This document shows, one piece after another, positions 18,822-29,307 of a DNA stretch of 64,000 nucleotides. Source of the stretch: an uncultured delta proteobacterium. GTDB taxonomy: Bacteria > Desulfobacterota > Binatia > JACPRU01. Position 1 is the stretch's first letter; each line of letters begins with the position of its first letter. The DNA lies in the NCBI GenBank assembly GCA_963745025.1, contig CAVUWD010000011.1, forward strand, positions 512,001 to 576,000. Direction: 5' to 3'. The position numbers and the translations under genes are program-made. Below the pieces are notes generated by a model. That model did no database searches. It saw only the letters and a program-made list of their open reading frames with translations, and was not told the origin of the DNA.

Positions 18822-19580
18822 ATGAGACAGCCGAATCGGGTGTTCACGAAGGAGGAGTTGGCCGAGCTCGCGAAGGACTTCACCGGCCTCGCCATGGAGG
18901 CGCTGGAGGCGGGTGACGTCGAGAAGGCGAAGCACTGGCTGCGTCGCCACGACGAAACCAAGGATATCCTCCACGATCTCTACCTTCACTGGGTTACCGC
19001 GCTTCTCTCTCACATTTACGACCGCTGGGGCGAAGACGAGGCCGTGCGGGCGGTCCGCGACAGCGGGCGGAACTTCTCCTTGCCGCTGCTCAAACAGAAG
19101 ACGGCGCTGATCCGCGAGAAGGGAATCCGCGCCTGGGTCGAGTGCGTCGTCGACATCTGGCGCCAGCATTCGATGTATCCCGGGATGACCCTCGAGGAAG
19201 ACGACGAGAAGTTCGTCTTCACGCTGAATCCGTGTGGCAGCGGCGGCCGGCTGATCAACATGGGCGCCTACGAGGGCCCCTTCGCTTACCGCAAGCTGCA
19301 GAAGGCCGGACCGCACACGTGGGGAGAAAAGGACTTGCCGATCTACTGCGCCCATTGTCCATGGGTGCACGAGATCTTCCCGCTCGCCGAGGGGGGCGAG
19401 GGGGCGCAATTCTGGGTGCACGCGTCTCCCTTCCCGAAGAAGCCCGGCGATCCCTGCATCCATCACGTCTACAAGGACCCGAAGAAGATTCCGGACCGCT
19501 ACTACGATCGCATCCAGATGACCCGCGAACCGAAGCAGATGCCGCGGACCTACGGCCTCGAGCCGGAGCGACCGAAGTAG
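18822..19580 (+). CDS. Hypothetical protein with clustered Cys/His motifs
   Basis: RBS AGGAGG; 'PCGSGG', 'YCAHC', 'PCIHH'. Confidence 0.8.
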   Translation: MRQPNRVFTKEELAELAKDFTGLAMEALEAGDVEKAKHWLRRHDETKDILHDLYLHWVTALLSHIYDRWGEDEAVRAVRDSGRNFSLPLLKQKTALIREKGIRAWVECVVDIWRQHSMYPGMTLEEDDEKFVFTLNPCGSGGRLINMGAYEGPFAYRKLQKAGPHTWGEKDLPIYCAHCPWVHEIFPLAEGGEGAQFWVHASPFPKKPGDPCIHHVYKDPKKIPDRYYDRIQMTREPKQMPRTYGLEPERPK

Positions 19581-19588
19581 GAGACGCG

Positions 19589-20353
19589 ATGGCGTGCGCG
19601 CTGATCACCGGGGGCAGTCGCGGGATGGGGCGCGCCACGGCGCGCAAGTTCGCCCGCGAGGGCCACGACGTCGCCATCACGTATCGGACTCGCCGCGACG
19701 AGGCGGAAGAAGTGGTTCACGCGATCGAGGCGCTCGGCCGGCGCGGCCTCGCGGTGGCGATGGACGTCGGCGATCGAGCCGCCATCGAGCGCGCCTTCAC
19801 GCAGGTCGAGGAGCAGCTCGGCAAGATCACTCATCTCTTCGCCAACGCGGCCCTATTCCCGGGGCTCCGTCCAATCTCCGATCAAACCTGGGAAGGCTGG
19901 GAACGGCTCCTCGCCGTCAACGTCATCGGCCAGTGGTGCTGCGCGAAGCTCGCGATCGCGAGCATGCTGCGGCACGGCGGGGGCGGGGCGGTGCTCTATA
20001 ACTCGTCGATCAGCGGGGTCATGACCTTTCCGCTGGCTTCGGACTATGCCGCCTCGAAGCATGCGGTGGTCGGCATGGCCAAGGCGCAGGCGCTCGAGTT
20101 CGCCCGCCACGGGATCCGCGTCAACGTGCTCTGCCCGGGCTTCTTCCGCACCGACATGTACGAGGAGAGCTACGGCGCCGCGACCGATCAGTTGACGGGG
20201 AGCGTGATTCCCGCCGAGCGGATCGGCGATCCCGAGGAGATCGCCGCGCTCGCCTATTGGCTCCTGGTCGAGGGAACGTACTGCAACGGCTCGATCGTGG
20301 TCGCCGATGGCGGCATCACCGCCGGCCCCAAGCTGCAGCAACCTCCGGCCTGA
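19589..20353 (+). CDS. SDR oxidoreductase
   Basis: 'TGGSRGMG', 'YAASK'. Confidence 0.93.
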   Translation: MACALITGGSRGMGRATARKFAREGHDVAITYRTRRDEAEEVVHAIEALGRRGLAVAMDVGDRAAIERAFTQVEEQLGKITHLFANAALFPGLRPISDQTWEGWERLLAVNVIGQWCCAKLAIASMLRHGGGGAVLYNSSISGVMTFPLASDYAASKHAVVGMAKAQALEFARHGIRVNVLCPGFFRTDMYEESYGAATDQLTGSVIPAERIGDPEEIAALAYWLLVEGTYCNGSIVVADGGITAGPKLQQPPA

Positions 20354-20450
20354 CGCCCGTCGCCACGCGGCTGCGCGAATCCGTGGGCGCTCAGACAAGA
20401 GGCCCGCCGATTCGCGGCGGGGTGGCGATTCCGGAGCTGATTTGAAACAA

Positions 20451-20534
20451 CGGTTACCGGCTACCGGCTGCCGACTACCGCAAGAGACTTCGTGACGTTT
20501 ATGCCGGTAGCCGGTAGCGGGTAGCCGGTAGCCG
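20451..20534. repeat. Palindrome built from (CGGCTAC)n heptamers
   Basis: 4 heptamers, spacer, 4 inverted heptamers, ending at the next RBS. Confidence 0.85.
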
Positions 20535-20549
20535 AAGGAGGTACCGCAC

Positions 20550-21443
20550 ATGCATACCATCGAGACCATCGGCGTCATCGGCGCGGGGCAGCAGGGACGT
20601 GGGATCGCGCAGCTCGCGGCGACGAGCGGCTATCAAGTGAGGCTCGTCGACATAGATCTCTCGCGTGCTCAGCGGGGCCGCGAGCGCGTCGCGCAAGACC
20701 TTGCCCGCCTCGCCGTACGGCGCAAGATCAGCGGCGACGAGGCCGACCGGATCCTCGAGCGCATTCGTGCCGAGCCCGGGCTCGCCGCTCTCGCCGATTG
20801 CGATTTCGTGGTCGAGGCCGTGACGGAGGACGTGGCGCTCAAGCAGCGCATCTTCCGGGATCTCGATGACATCCTGCGCGCGAACACGATCCTCGCTAGC
20901 AACACCTCGAGCATTTCGCTCACCAAGCTCGCGGCGGCCACCGAAAGACCCGATCGCGTGATCGGCCTGCACTTCATGCATCCCGTGCCGGCCATGAAGC
21001 TGGTCGAGATCGTGCGCGCGCTGCAGACGAGCGACGAGACCTATGAGACGACCTGCGACCTCGCGCGCCGGCTCGGCAAGACGATCATCACCACCAAGGA
21101 CATGCCGGCGTTCATCGTCAACCGGCTGCTCATCCCGCAGCTGAACGAGGCGTGCTTCGCGCTGACCGAAGGCCTCGGGACGGTCGAAGAGATCGATCTC
21201 GCGGTGCGACTCGGCCTCAACCACCCGATGGGTCCCTTCGAGCTCGCCGATCTGCTCGGCCTCGACACGGTGCTGACCATCGCCGAGGTTCTGCAGAAGG
21301 AGTTCGGCGACGACAAGTACCGGCCGCCGACGATTCTCCGCAATTACGTGGCGGCCGGCTGGCTCGGGCGAAAGACCGACCGTGGCTTCTACCGATACGA
21401 GGACGAGCAAAGCCAACCGGCCTCCGAAAGGAGACTGAAGTGA
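20550..21443 (+). CDS. 3-hydroxybutyryl/3-hydroxyacyl-CoA dehydrogenase
   Basis: 'GAGQQG', 'ASNTSS', 'LHFMHPV', 'HPMGPFELADLLGLD'. Confidence 0.93.
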   Translation: MHTIETIGVIGAGQQGRGIAQLAATSGYQVRLVDIDLSRAQRGRERVAQDLARLAVRRKISGDEADRILERIRAEPGLAALADCDFVVEAVTEDVALKQRIFRDLDDILRANTILASNTSSISLTKLAAATERPDRVIGLHFMHPVPAMKLVEIVRALQTSDETYETTCDLARRLGKTIITTKDMPAFIVNRLLIPQLNEACFALTEGLGTVEEIDLAVRLGLNHPMGPFELADLLGLDTVLTIAEVLQKEFGDDKYRPPTILRNYVAAGWLGRKTDRGFYRYEDEQSQPASERRLK

Positions 21444-21486
21444 CGAATTCCCGGAAGGTCGTCGTTTCGGGGGCGAGCGGTCATAC

Positions 21487-22761
21487 CTAGAGGGCGTTGG
21501 CGGCGATCACGTCGCGGTAGACGAACGCGGTCGGACGCGGCCGGCGCTCGAGGGTTCTCCGGTCGACGGCGACGAGGCCGAAGTGTCGGGCGTAGCCCTC
21601 GGCCCACTCGAAGTTGTCCATCAGCGACCAATAGAAAAAGCCCCGCACGTCGACTCCGTCCCGAACCGCGCGCGCGACCTCTTCGAGATGGGCGCGCAGG
21701 TGTCGGGTTCGTGCGTCGTCGTCTAGCGTGGCCATGCCGCTCTCGGTGACGTAGACCGGCTTACCGAGTGTCTTCAGGCGGACGAGATTTCGATACAGAC
21801 CCTCGGGATAGATCTCCCAACCCATCTCATCCACGAGCCGGTCGGGCTCCGCGCGGCGGCGAGCGCCGTCGAGCACGACGTCTCCGCGGCGACCGTCGCA
21901 CAGCACGCGCATGTAGTAGTTGATGCCGACCACGTCGTAGCTCCCGAGCAGGCCGGCGATCGCCTCGCCCGCACCGACCGGCGGAGCGACGACTCCGTCG
22001 CGGAGCCCGAGCAGAAAGTATTCGTTCAGGAACCGGTCGCTCGCTTCCGCCGAGCGCCGGTCGCTCTCGCTGTCTGGGTCGAGCGGCTCGAAGTAGGGCA
22101 TCGCCAGGACCGCGCCGACCTCGATCGGGTGCCTTGCCCCTTCGTGGATCGCGCGATAGCTCGCGCCGTGGGCGAGGAGCACGTTGCGCGCCACCTGCCG
22201 CGCCCGCGCCGGGTCCTTCACGCAGGGCGGATGGATGCCCAGAAGGTAACCGAGCACTGCAACGATCATCGGCTCGTTGATCGTCCACCAGAGCTTCACG
22301 CGCTCTCCGATCTCCCGCGACGCATAGGCGGCGAACCGCGCGAGCCACGAGGACATTCGCGGGTTCTCCCATCCTCCTTCGTGCTGCGCCCAAATCGGGT
22401 TCGTGAAGTGATGCAGGGTCACGGTCGGCTCGAGCCCTCGTTCGAGCATCGAGTCGCAGAGGCGCTTATAGTGGTCGATCGCGGCGGTGTCGAAGCGATC
22501 CCGCTCCGGCTCCACCCGGCTCCATTCGATCGAAATCCTGAGCGAGCGATGACCGAGCGCGGCCGCGAGGCGGTGATCCTCGTCGAAGCGGTGGTAGTAG
22601 TCGCAGGCGATGCCCGAGACCGAGCCGTCACGGATGCGCCCGCGCGACGAGGCGTGCAGGCCCTCCTGCTCCCACTCCCACCAGTGGTTGCGATCGCAAT
22701 TGCCTTCGACCTGATGCGCGCTGGTTGCCGAGCCCCAGAGGAATCCCTTGGGGAAGATCAC
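21487..22761 (-). CDS. Glycoside hydrolase family 1 beta-glucosidase
   Basis: 'FLWGSATSAHQVEG', 'TINEP', 'VTESG', 'DNFEWAEG'; GTG start overlapping opgH stop. Confidence 0.93.
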   Translation of the reverse strand: MIFPKGFLWGSATSAHQVEGNCDRNHWWEWEQEGLHASSRGRIRDGSVSGIACDYYHRFDEDHRLAAALGHRSLRISIEWSRVEPERDRFDTAAIDHYKRLCDSMLERGLEPTVTLHHFTNPIWAQHEGGWENPRMSSWLARFAAYASREIGERVKLWWTINEPMIVAVLGYLLGIHPPCVKDPARARQVARNVLLAHGASYRAIHEGARHPIEVGAVLAMPYFEPLDPDSESDRRSAEASDRFLNEYFLLGLRDGVVAPPVGAGEAIAGLLGSYDVVGINYYMRVLCDGRRGDVVLDGARRRAEPDRLVDEMGWEIYPEGLYRNLVRLKTLGKPVYVTESGMATLDDDARTRHLRAHLEEVARAVRDGVDVRGFFYWSLMDNFEWAEGYARHFGLVAVDRRTLERRPRPTAFVYRDVIAANAL

Positions 22762-25364
22762 GGCGCCGCCCCCGGCCTTCCCCAGCGGTGGGCTCGTTCT
22801 CCGTTCGGGAGCTCCCAGACCCGCCGGTGGAGCTCGTCCACTCGCTCCGGATCGAGCAAGAGAACCCGCCTCTCCTTCGGCGCCAGAGCGCCCGGCCCGG
22901 CCAAGAGAGCCCGCTCGACGAGCGTGCGACGCCTCTCGCGGATCGACGGCTTCAGCGAGCGGGGGCCGCGGAGGAGCCAGCGATGGAGCGCGTTGACGTA
23001 AGGATCGACGATCGCTCGCACGAACCCATCGCGCTCCTCCGGGACGAGATCGTGCTCCTTCTGCCGAACCGTCGCCAGGCACGCTTCGAGCTCGAGGATC
23101 TCGCGCGGGGGCGCGATCTCCTCGGGGGTCGCGAACAGGCGGGCGCGGCACGCGAACTGGCCGATCCATACGCGACTCACCAGCACCGAGAGCGGAACGG
23201 AGAGGATCAGCGCACCGATAATCGGCGTGAGCCACCAGAAATACTCGGGGCTCAGGAAGTACATACCGCCACCCCACGCGGACGCGAAGAGCGTCATCAG
23301 GCCGTGATAGCGGATCGCCTCGCCCCAGCTGGTCTCGTGCTCCCCTCTCGGCGGGGAGCGCCAGACGACGATTCGGCCGATCAGGTTGGTCAGCACGAAC
23401 TTCGTGTGGAACAGCATGCGGATCGGCGCGAATAGGCTCGAAGCGAGAAACTCGAGGACGACGCTCGCGAGAAAGCGGATGACTCCTCCGAAGCGGCGGG
23501 CGTCGCCGCGGAAGAAGACGAGCACGGCGCTCAGCATTTTCGGCAGGAAGAGGATCGCCAAAGTCACGGTGAAGAGCGCGATCGCCCAGTCGGGCCGCCA
23601 GATCGGCCATTGCGGGAAGAGGCTCGGCCCCGACGGGAAGTAGTCGGGCTCGCGGAGCACTCGCACGATCACCTCCGCGGTGCTGAGGCTCAGGAAGCAG
23701 AACCAGAGCAGCGCCGAGACGTAGGCGAACACGCCGTTCAGAAACAGCGCGCGGTGCACGTGAAACAGCCCTTCGACGAACACCAACCGCAGATGCTGGA
23801 AGTTGCCCTGGCACCAACGGCGATCGCGACGAAGGTCCTCGAGAAGCGACGAGGGGAGCTCCTCGTAGCTCCCACCGAGATCGTAGGCGAGCCAGATTGA
23901 ATAGCCCGCGCGCCCGAGCATCGCCGCCTCCACGAAATCGTGGCTGAGGATCTCGCCGCCGAGCGGCGGCTTGCCCGGCAGGCGGGGAAGGCTGCAATGC
24001 TTCATGAACGGCGCCAGCCTGAGGATCGCGTTGTGCCCCCAGTACTGCGCATCGCCGAGCTCCCAGAAGTGCATGCCGGTCGCGAACAGCGGGCCGTACA
24101 CGCGGTTGGCAAACTGCTGGATTCGCGCGTAGAGCGAGCGCGCATGGATCGCGACCGGCGCCGTCTGGATGAGGCCCACGGCGGGGTTCGCCTCCATCAG
24201 GCTCGCCAGGCGGACGATCGTCTCGCCGCTCATCAAGCTATCGGCATCGAGCGTGATCACGTAGCGATAGCGGCGGCCGAACCGCCGACAGAAGTCGGCG
24301 ATGTTTCCGCTCTTGCGCTTCACCCGCACCCGTCGCCGCCGGTAGAAGATCCGGCCGAAGCCCTGGACCGCACGGCACCAGTCGAGCCAGGCTTCCTCCT
24401 CTTTCACCCACGTCTTGGGATCGGCCGTGTCGCTCAGCACGAAGAAGTCGAATGCGTGGAGTGCGCCTGTCCGACCGAGCGAGCGGTACATCGTCTGCAA
24501 GCCGGCGAACACCCGATCGACCGGCTCGTCGGCGATCGGCATCACGATCGCCGTGCGCGCCCGACGATCGAGCTCCGGCGGAGCCTCGTCGAGCGACCCG
24601 GCGATGCGAAACCGGTCGCGCCGGGAGAGCAGGATCACGAACCCGGCGAGCGCCGTCCAGAAGCCGATCGAGATCCAGCCGAACAGAGCTCCGAAAAAGA
24701 TCACGATGCCGCCTTCGAGAAACGTCCGGCCCTGGTAGGGCAGAACCTGGAGCATGAAGCCGCTGGCAATGACGGTCGGGATCAGTACCAGCAGCAACAG
24801 AAGCGCGCGCCGGCGAAACGCGACCCGCACCCAGCGCAAGCGAAGCCGCATCGCGCGCACGGCGCGCGGGACACGACCGCCGTTGTCGGCCGGCGCAGGG
24901 CCACTGCGCTCTGCCCTTTTGGTCGCGATCAGCCGTCGGCGGAGACCCCGCCGCTGAATCCGGTGCGGCTCCATCGATCGTCGGGCGAGCGCCGGCATCG
25001 GCGGCGGAGCGACGCCCTTGCCGAACAGGCGAGCCAGACGCCAGTCGAGAAAGCTTCGCTCGTGGAAGGGCTCCCGCCCCCCGACGATCTCGTCGCGAAG
25101 GGTCCGGAAGGTCTCCGAGTAGGCGTCGCCATCGGCGGGCCACTCCGGAGCGGAGACCGCTCCTTCCACGGAGCGCAGTGCGAGCGGTTGGTCGCTCGAC
25201 GAGCTCAAGCCGAGAGCCGAGAGGTACGCACGCCCCCGATCGTACGCCCCTTTCCAATCCTGCAGGAGCGCCGCCAGGCTGACCTCGATCCGCTGTGGGG
25301 TCGCCGGCTCCTGATATGCGGCCTTGGTGTCGACCACTGCGGGGCCCTTATCGGCGTTCCTCAC
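22758..25364 (-). CDS. opgH: OPG glucosyltransferase OpgH/MdoH (GT2)
   Basis: 'RKSGNIADFCRRFG', 'LDADS', 'SHDFVEA', 'RDRRWCQGN'. Confidence 0.95.
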   Translation of the reverse strand: MRNADKGPAVVDTKAAYQEPATPQRIEVSLAALLQDWKGAYDRGRAYLSALGLSSSSDQPLALRSVEGAVSAPEWPADGDAYSETFRTLRDEIVGGREPFHERSFLDWRLARLFGKGVAPPPMPALARRSMEPHRIQRRGLRRRLIATKRAERSGPAPADNGGRVPRAVRAMRLRLRWVRVAFRRRALLLLLVLIPTVIASGFMLQVLPYQGRTFLEGGIVIFFGALFGWISIGFWTALAGFVILLSRRDRFRIAGSLDEAPPELDRRARTAIVMPIADEPVDRVFAGLQTMYRSLGRTGALHAFDFFVLSDTADPKTWVKEEEAWLDWCRAVQGFGRIFYRRRRVRVKRKSGNIADFCRRFGRRYRYVITLDADSLMSGETIVRLASLMEANPAVGLIQTAPVAIHARSLYARIQQFANRVYGPLFATGMHFWELGDAQYWGHNAILRLAPFMKHCSLPRLPGKPPLGGEILSHDFVEAAMLGRAGYSIWLAYDLGGSYEELPSSLLEDLRRDRRWCQGNFQHLRLVFVEGLFHVHRALFLNGVFAYVSALLWFCFLSLSTAEVIVRVLREPDYFPSGPSLFPQWPIWRPDWAIALFTVTLAILFLPKMLSAVLVFFRGDARRFGGVIRFLASVVLEFLASSLFAPIRMLFHTKFVLTNLIGRIVVWRSPPRGEHETSWGEAIRYHGLMTLFASAWGGGMYFLSPEYFWWLTPIIGALILSVPLSVLVSRVWIGQFACRARLFATPEEIAPPREILELEACLATVRQKEHDLVPEERDGFVRAIVDPYVNALHRWLLRGPRSLKPSIRERRRTLVERALLAGPGALAPKERRVLLLDPERVDELHRRVWELPNGERAHRWGRPGAAP

Positions 25365-26893
25365 GGATGTAGCGTGTACGACCAGGTCTCGGTCAACGTC
25401 TCGTCGCCCTTCTGCAGGAACGCACGCAGCTCGATCGGCTTGTTGTCCTTCGGACGAATCTGGAATCCGAGTCGCCAGCCCCCGGTGGCCGTGTTCTTCA
25501 CCACGTGCTGACCGAGGAGCTCCTCGCCGATCTCTTTCCCGGACCCCACGGTGATGACGCCGCGGACGATGGTTTCGGCAGGAAGCTCCTTCAAGCGGGC
25601 GCCCTCGAAGTCGATGATGAGCCGCTGCGCGCCTTCGACGGTGCCATGATCTCGCCGCGTGGCGACCGCTCGACCCCCCGGCGGCCGATCACGGTCATCG
25701 CGATACCAGTAGAGATCATACGCGAAGGACATCGATTCTCCCGCTTGCGGTCGTTTCTCCGGAACCCAGTAGGCGACGATGTTGTCGTTGACCTCGTTCT
25801 TGGTGGGAATCTCCACGAGCTCGACGTGCCCGTTTCCCCAATCTCCACGGGGCATCACCCACGCGCTCGGGCGCGCCTCCGAGTGGGTCTCGAGCTCCTG
25901 GTAATGATCGAAGTCGCGGTCGCGCTGCAAAAGGCCGAAGCCCTTCGGATTCGGCATGCGGAACGAGCTGACATCCAGGCTCTCCGGGTTGTCGAGCGGC
26001 CGCCACAGCCACTCCCCGGTCGGAAACCACAGCAAGAGACCATCGGAGTCGTGCACCTCGGGCCGGAAATCGTCGTATTTTTGCAGCGTGTTCTCGCCGT
26101 GGAAAAACATGCTGGTGAGCGGCGCGATGCCGACTTTGGCGATCTCTTTGCGTGCGAAGAACTTCGACTGCACCTCGACCACGGTCTGCTCGCCGGGCCG
26201 GATCGAGAACCGGTAGGCACCGGTGATCCGCGCGCTGTCGAGAAGCGCGTAGACGACCATCTCGGTCGCGTCGACCGCCGGCCGAACCAGCCAGAACTCC
26301 TTGAAGTAGGGGAACTCCTCGCCCGACGGTAGCGCGGTGTCGACCGCCAGTCCGCGGGCGGACAAGCCGAACGCGAGGTCCTTGCCGAGGGCGCGGAAGT
26401 AGCTCCCGCCGACGAAGACGATGACCTCGTCGCGGTAGTCGGGCCGGTTGATCGGGTAGTGGACGCGGAAGCCGGCGTAACCCAGATTCTGCGGCACGCG
26501 GCTCGCGAAGTCGTTCTTCCCGTAGTCGAATTGGCTCGGCGAAAACGGAACCTGGTGTACCCCCCGGTCGTCGACTACGTTGATCCCGACGACGCGATCA
26601 TAATAGAGCCCGGGATGGAAGAACTGCACGGTGAAGCGCTGCTTGCCGTCGAACCACAGCGATCGGTCGGGCCGGAAGCGGATGTCCCGCCACTGGTCGT
26701 AGCTCACGTCGAGAAGCCACTTCGGCACGGTGCCGGCGGGGTCCTTGAAGGGCGCCTTGGCAAGCTCTTCCGCAAAGGCGACGACACGATTCATGTCGAA
26801 GGCCGCAAAGGCGTTCGTGACCGGGCCGCAGAGGAGCGCGAGCACGGCGAGAAACGGGATTCCGAATGGTTGGTGGCCGGGAGAGGCGTCCAT
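25361..26893 (-). CDS. opgG: OPG biosynthesis protein OpgG/MdoG (GH186); start 26893 or 26917
   Basis: 'YDQWRDIRF', 'GLSARGLAVDT', 'RPEVHDSDGL', 'TETWSY'. Confidence 0.93.
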   Translation of the reverse strand: MDASPGHQPFGIPFLAVLALLCGPVTNAFAAFDMNRVVAFAEELAKAPFKDPAGTVPKWLLDVSYDQWRDIRFRPDRSLWFDGKQRFTVQFFHPGLYYDRVVGINVVDDRGVHQVPFSPSQFDYGKNDFASRVPQNLGYAGFRVHYPINRPDYRDEVIVFVGGSYFRALGKDLAFGLSARGLAVDTALPSGEEFPYFKEFWLVRPAVDATEMVVYALLDSARITGAYRFSIRPGEQTVVEVQSKFFARKEIAKVGIAPLTSMFFHGENTLQKYDDFRPEVHDSDGLLLWFPTGEWLWRPLDNPESLDVSSFRMPNPKGFGLLQRDRDFDHYQELETHSEARPSAWVMPRGDWGNGHVELVEIPTKNEVNDNIVAYWVPEKRPQAGESMSFAYDLYWYRDDRDRPPGGRAVATRRDHGTVEGAQRLIIDFEGARLKELPAETIVRGVITVGSGKEIGEELLGQHVVKNTATGGWRLGFQIRPKDNKPIELRAFLQKGDETLTETWSYTLHP

Positions 26894-26952
26894 GTCGAAG
26901 GGCCCTGGATACTTCATTTGCAAGCGAAGGTCATCTCGATAAGGAGGGGGGG

Positions 26953-29004
26953 GTGGCTCGCTCGGTCCGGCGTGGGTTGGTGGCGGTTTGGCTTGGGCTT
27001 GCGTGCGCAGGGTTGGCAGAGGGCAACCGCACCGTGGCCGCGCCCCGGGTGGCGGTGCTGAAGAGGCTCGTGCTCGACGATTTCGAGGCGGCGCCCGGGG
27101 AGCGCAGCTACGGCACCCTCGATCAGACTCTCCCGGCAAAGTCACGCGGCCGCATCCAGTGGAAACGGGAACGTTGCCGACGCTCACGCGCAGAAGGTCA
27201 GTGCATGCGAATCGAGTACGAGTTCGGTGCCGAAAACCCGATGAAGGCGAGCTTCGCGATCGACCTCGGTAATCTCGACGCCTCTGCGTACGACCACGTG
27301 GAGTTCTGGATCAAGGGCGACGAGGAGCGGGGTTACGGTCCGGCGCTGAAGATCGGCTTCCGGCGCCCGAAGGCGGGCGAGCCCCGGCTCGTGCAGGATG
27401 GCACCGCCGTGATCACGGGAATCACGGGAAGATGGCGGCGGATCGTCGTGCCGCTCAACCGCATGGCGGGAATCGAGGAGTGGAAGCATCTTCGCGCGTT
27501 CTTCGTCGCGCTCGAATCGCGACGGGCGGGGGCCGCGCGGCGCGGCGCCTATACGATCGACGACGTCGCGCTCTTGAAGCTCGGAGGGCCCGGTCCGACG
27601 ATCGCCGACAAGGTCGTGCCGCGGAAGAAAGAAGCGTGGGAGGCCGCCGTCGGAGGGCCTTCGGCAGCGAGCCGTTTGGTGCAGAAGCGGCTCACGGGGT
27701 GGCCGCAGCGCCTGCTTACCGACCGCACCACGCTTCCCGGCACAAATCGCGAATTCGTCGAGCGGCTGGCGCGCGATACGTGGCGCGGCATCGAAGCGCT
27801 GACCGACCGCGACAACCACCTGCCGGTTGATCACGTGACGCTGTCGCGATCCCTCGAGCCGCCGCATTCCGAGGTCGCCGACTATACGAACATCACCAAC
27901 GTCGGCCTTCACCTGATCGCCATCGCGGCCGCTCACGAGCTCGGCTTCGTCCCCGCGGACGAAGCGACCCGGCGGATCGGTGAGGTCCTCGACACGCTCG
28001 GCGAGCTCGAGACCTACGAAGGGTTCTTCTTCAACTACTACGACACGACCTCGCTCGAGCGAACGAGCAACTTCATCTCGTTCGTCGATTCCTCTTGGCT
28101 GACGGCCGGGCTCATGGTCGTGCGGTCGACGTTTCCCGCTCTTCGCGATCGAGCGAGCGAGATCATCGATCGCCAGAACTACGCCTTCTTCTACGACGAC
28201 GTGGCCCAGCAGATGTCTCACGGCTATTACGTCAACGTGCCGACGCGATCGGAGTACCACTACGGCCTCCTCTACACCGAGCCGCGGCTCGGCAGCCTGA
28301 TCGCGATCGGCAAGGGCGACGTACCGGAAGACCATTGGTTCGCTCTCGTCCGCGCCTACCCGCCGGAGGCCGACTGGCAGACGCAGCGGCCGCTCGGCTG
28401 GCGAACCGAGATCGTTCGCGGCCACACCGTCGACGAGGGCTACTACGAGTGGAAGGGCTCGAGATTCGTGCCCTCGTGGGGCGGCAGCATGTTCGAGGCG
28501 CTCATGCCAACGCTCGTGCTCGACGAGCAGCGCTACGCAGCGAAGAGCCTCGGCCGAAACGACGAGATCCATGCCGCCGTGCAACGTCGCTACGCGACCG
28601 AAGACCTCGGATATCCCGTGTGGGGCCTCTCGCCGAGCGCGGATCCGTCCGGCAAGGGATACGGCGAGTACGGCGTCAAGGTGCTCGGCTCGCTCGGCTA
28701 CGGGCCCGGCGCCGTCGCGCCCTATGCCGGCGCGCTGGCGCTCCTGGTGATGCCGGAGGAAGCGGCGGCGAATCTCCGCGAGCTCGCACAGCGGTACGAC
28801 GTCTACGGCGAATACGGCTTTTACGACTCGCTGGATCCGCATTCGGGAACGGTCGCCCACCAGTATCTCGCCCTCGATCAGTCGATGATCTTGATCTCCG
28901 CGGCGAACAGCCTGAAAGATCATTGCCTCCAGAAGCGCTTCGCCGCCGACCCGATCGCCGAGCGCGCGCTGTCGATCATCGGGGATGAAAGTTTCTTCGA
29001 ATGA
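26953..29004 (+). CDS. Secreted CBM-like plus glucoamylase-like (GH144/GH189-like) beta-1,2-glucan-acting enzyme
   Basis: RBS AAGGAGG; 'YTNITNVG', 'GFFFNYYD', 'SWGGSMFEALMP', 'YGFYDS', 'LALDQSM'. Confidence 0.8.
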   Translation: MARSVRRGLVAVWLGLACAGLAEGNRTVAAPRVAVLKRLVLDDFEAAPGERSYGTLDQTLPAKSRGRIQWKRERCRRSRAEGQCMRIEYEFGAENPMKASFAIDLGNLDASAYDHVEFWIKGDEERGYGPALKIGFRRPKAGEPRLVQDGTAVITGITGRWRRIVVPLNRMAGIEEWKHLRAFFVALESRRAGAARRGAYTIDDVALLKLGGPGPTIADKVVPRKKEAWEAAVGGPSAASRLVQKRLTGWPQRLLTDRTTLPGTNREFVERLARDTWRGIEALTDRDNHLPVDHVTLSRSLEPPHSEVADYTNITNVGLHLIAIAAAHELGFVPADEATRRIGEVLDTLGELETYEGFFFNYYDTTSLERTSNFISFVDSSWLTAGLMVVRSTFPALRDRASEIIDRQNYAFFYDDVAQQMSHGYYVNVPTRSEYHYGLLYTEPRLGSLIAIGKGDVPEDHWFALVRAYPPEADWQTQRPLGWRTEIVRGHTVDEGYYEWKGSRFVPSWGGSMFEALMPTLVLDEQRYAAKSLGRNDEIHAAVQRRYATEDLGYPVWGLSPSADPSGKGYGEYGVKVLGSLGYGPGAVAPYAGALALLVMPEEAAANLRELAQRYDVYGEYGFYDSLDPHSGTVAHQYLALDQSMILISAANSLKDHCLQKRFAADPIAERALSIIGDESFFE

Positions 29005-29007
29005 AAA

Positions 29008-29299
29008 CGGCTTCCGGCTTCCGGCTACCGGCTACCGGCTTCAGCAAAGGATTCGAGGAGTAATGCCTCAGTTTCAGTACCAGCGCTCGCACCACTGGAT
29101 AGCGCGCTCGGTTTCGATCGGCGCGTACTCGAGCCGATCGAAACCGAGCGCAACCGCGCGTAAGCGCGGAAGACAAATAGCCCGCCGAATCAGTCTGTTG
29201 AGTTCAGCGCTTCGCGCGCTATTCGTATCCCCGAGCATCCTACGAAGACTGAGAGCCCTTACCTCGAGGAGTCTTCCCGTAGCCCGTAGCCTGGAGCCC
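29008..29299. mobile_element. Heptamer-repeat-bounded element, possibly carrying a decayed small gene
   Basis: (CGGCTWC)x5 left arm; inverted (CCCGTAG)-type right arm; contains hairpin 29104-29151. Confidence 0.45.
29104..29151. repeat. REP-like hairpin, TACT-loop family copy 3
   Basis: Perfect 19-bp arms around GCGTACTCGA. Confidence 0.85.
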
Positions 29300-29307
29300 T
29301 CTCACCC

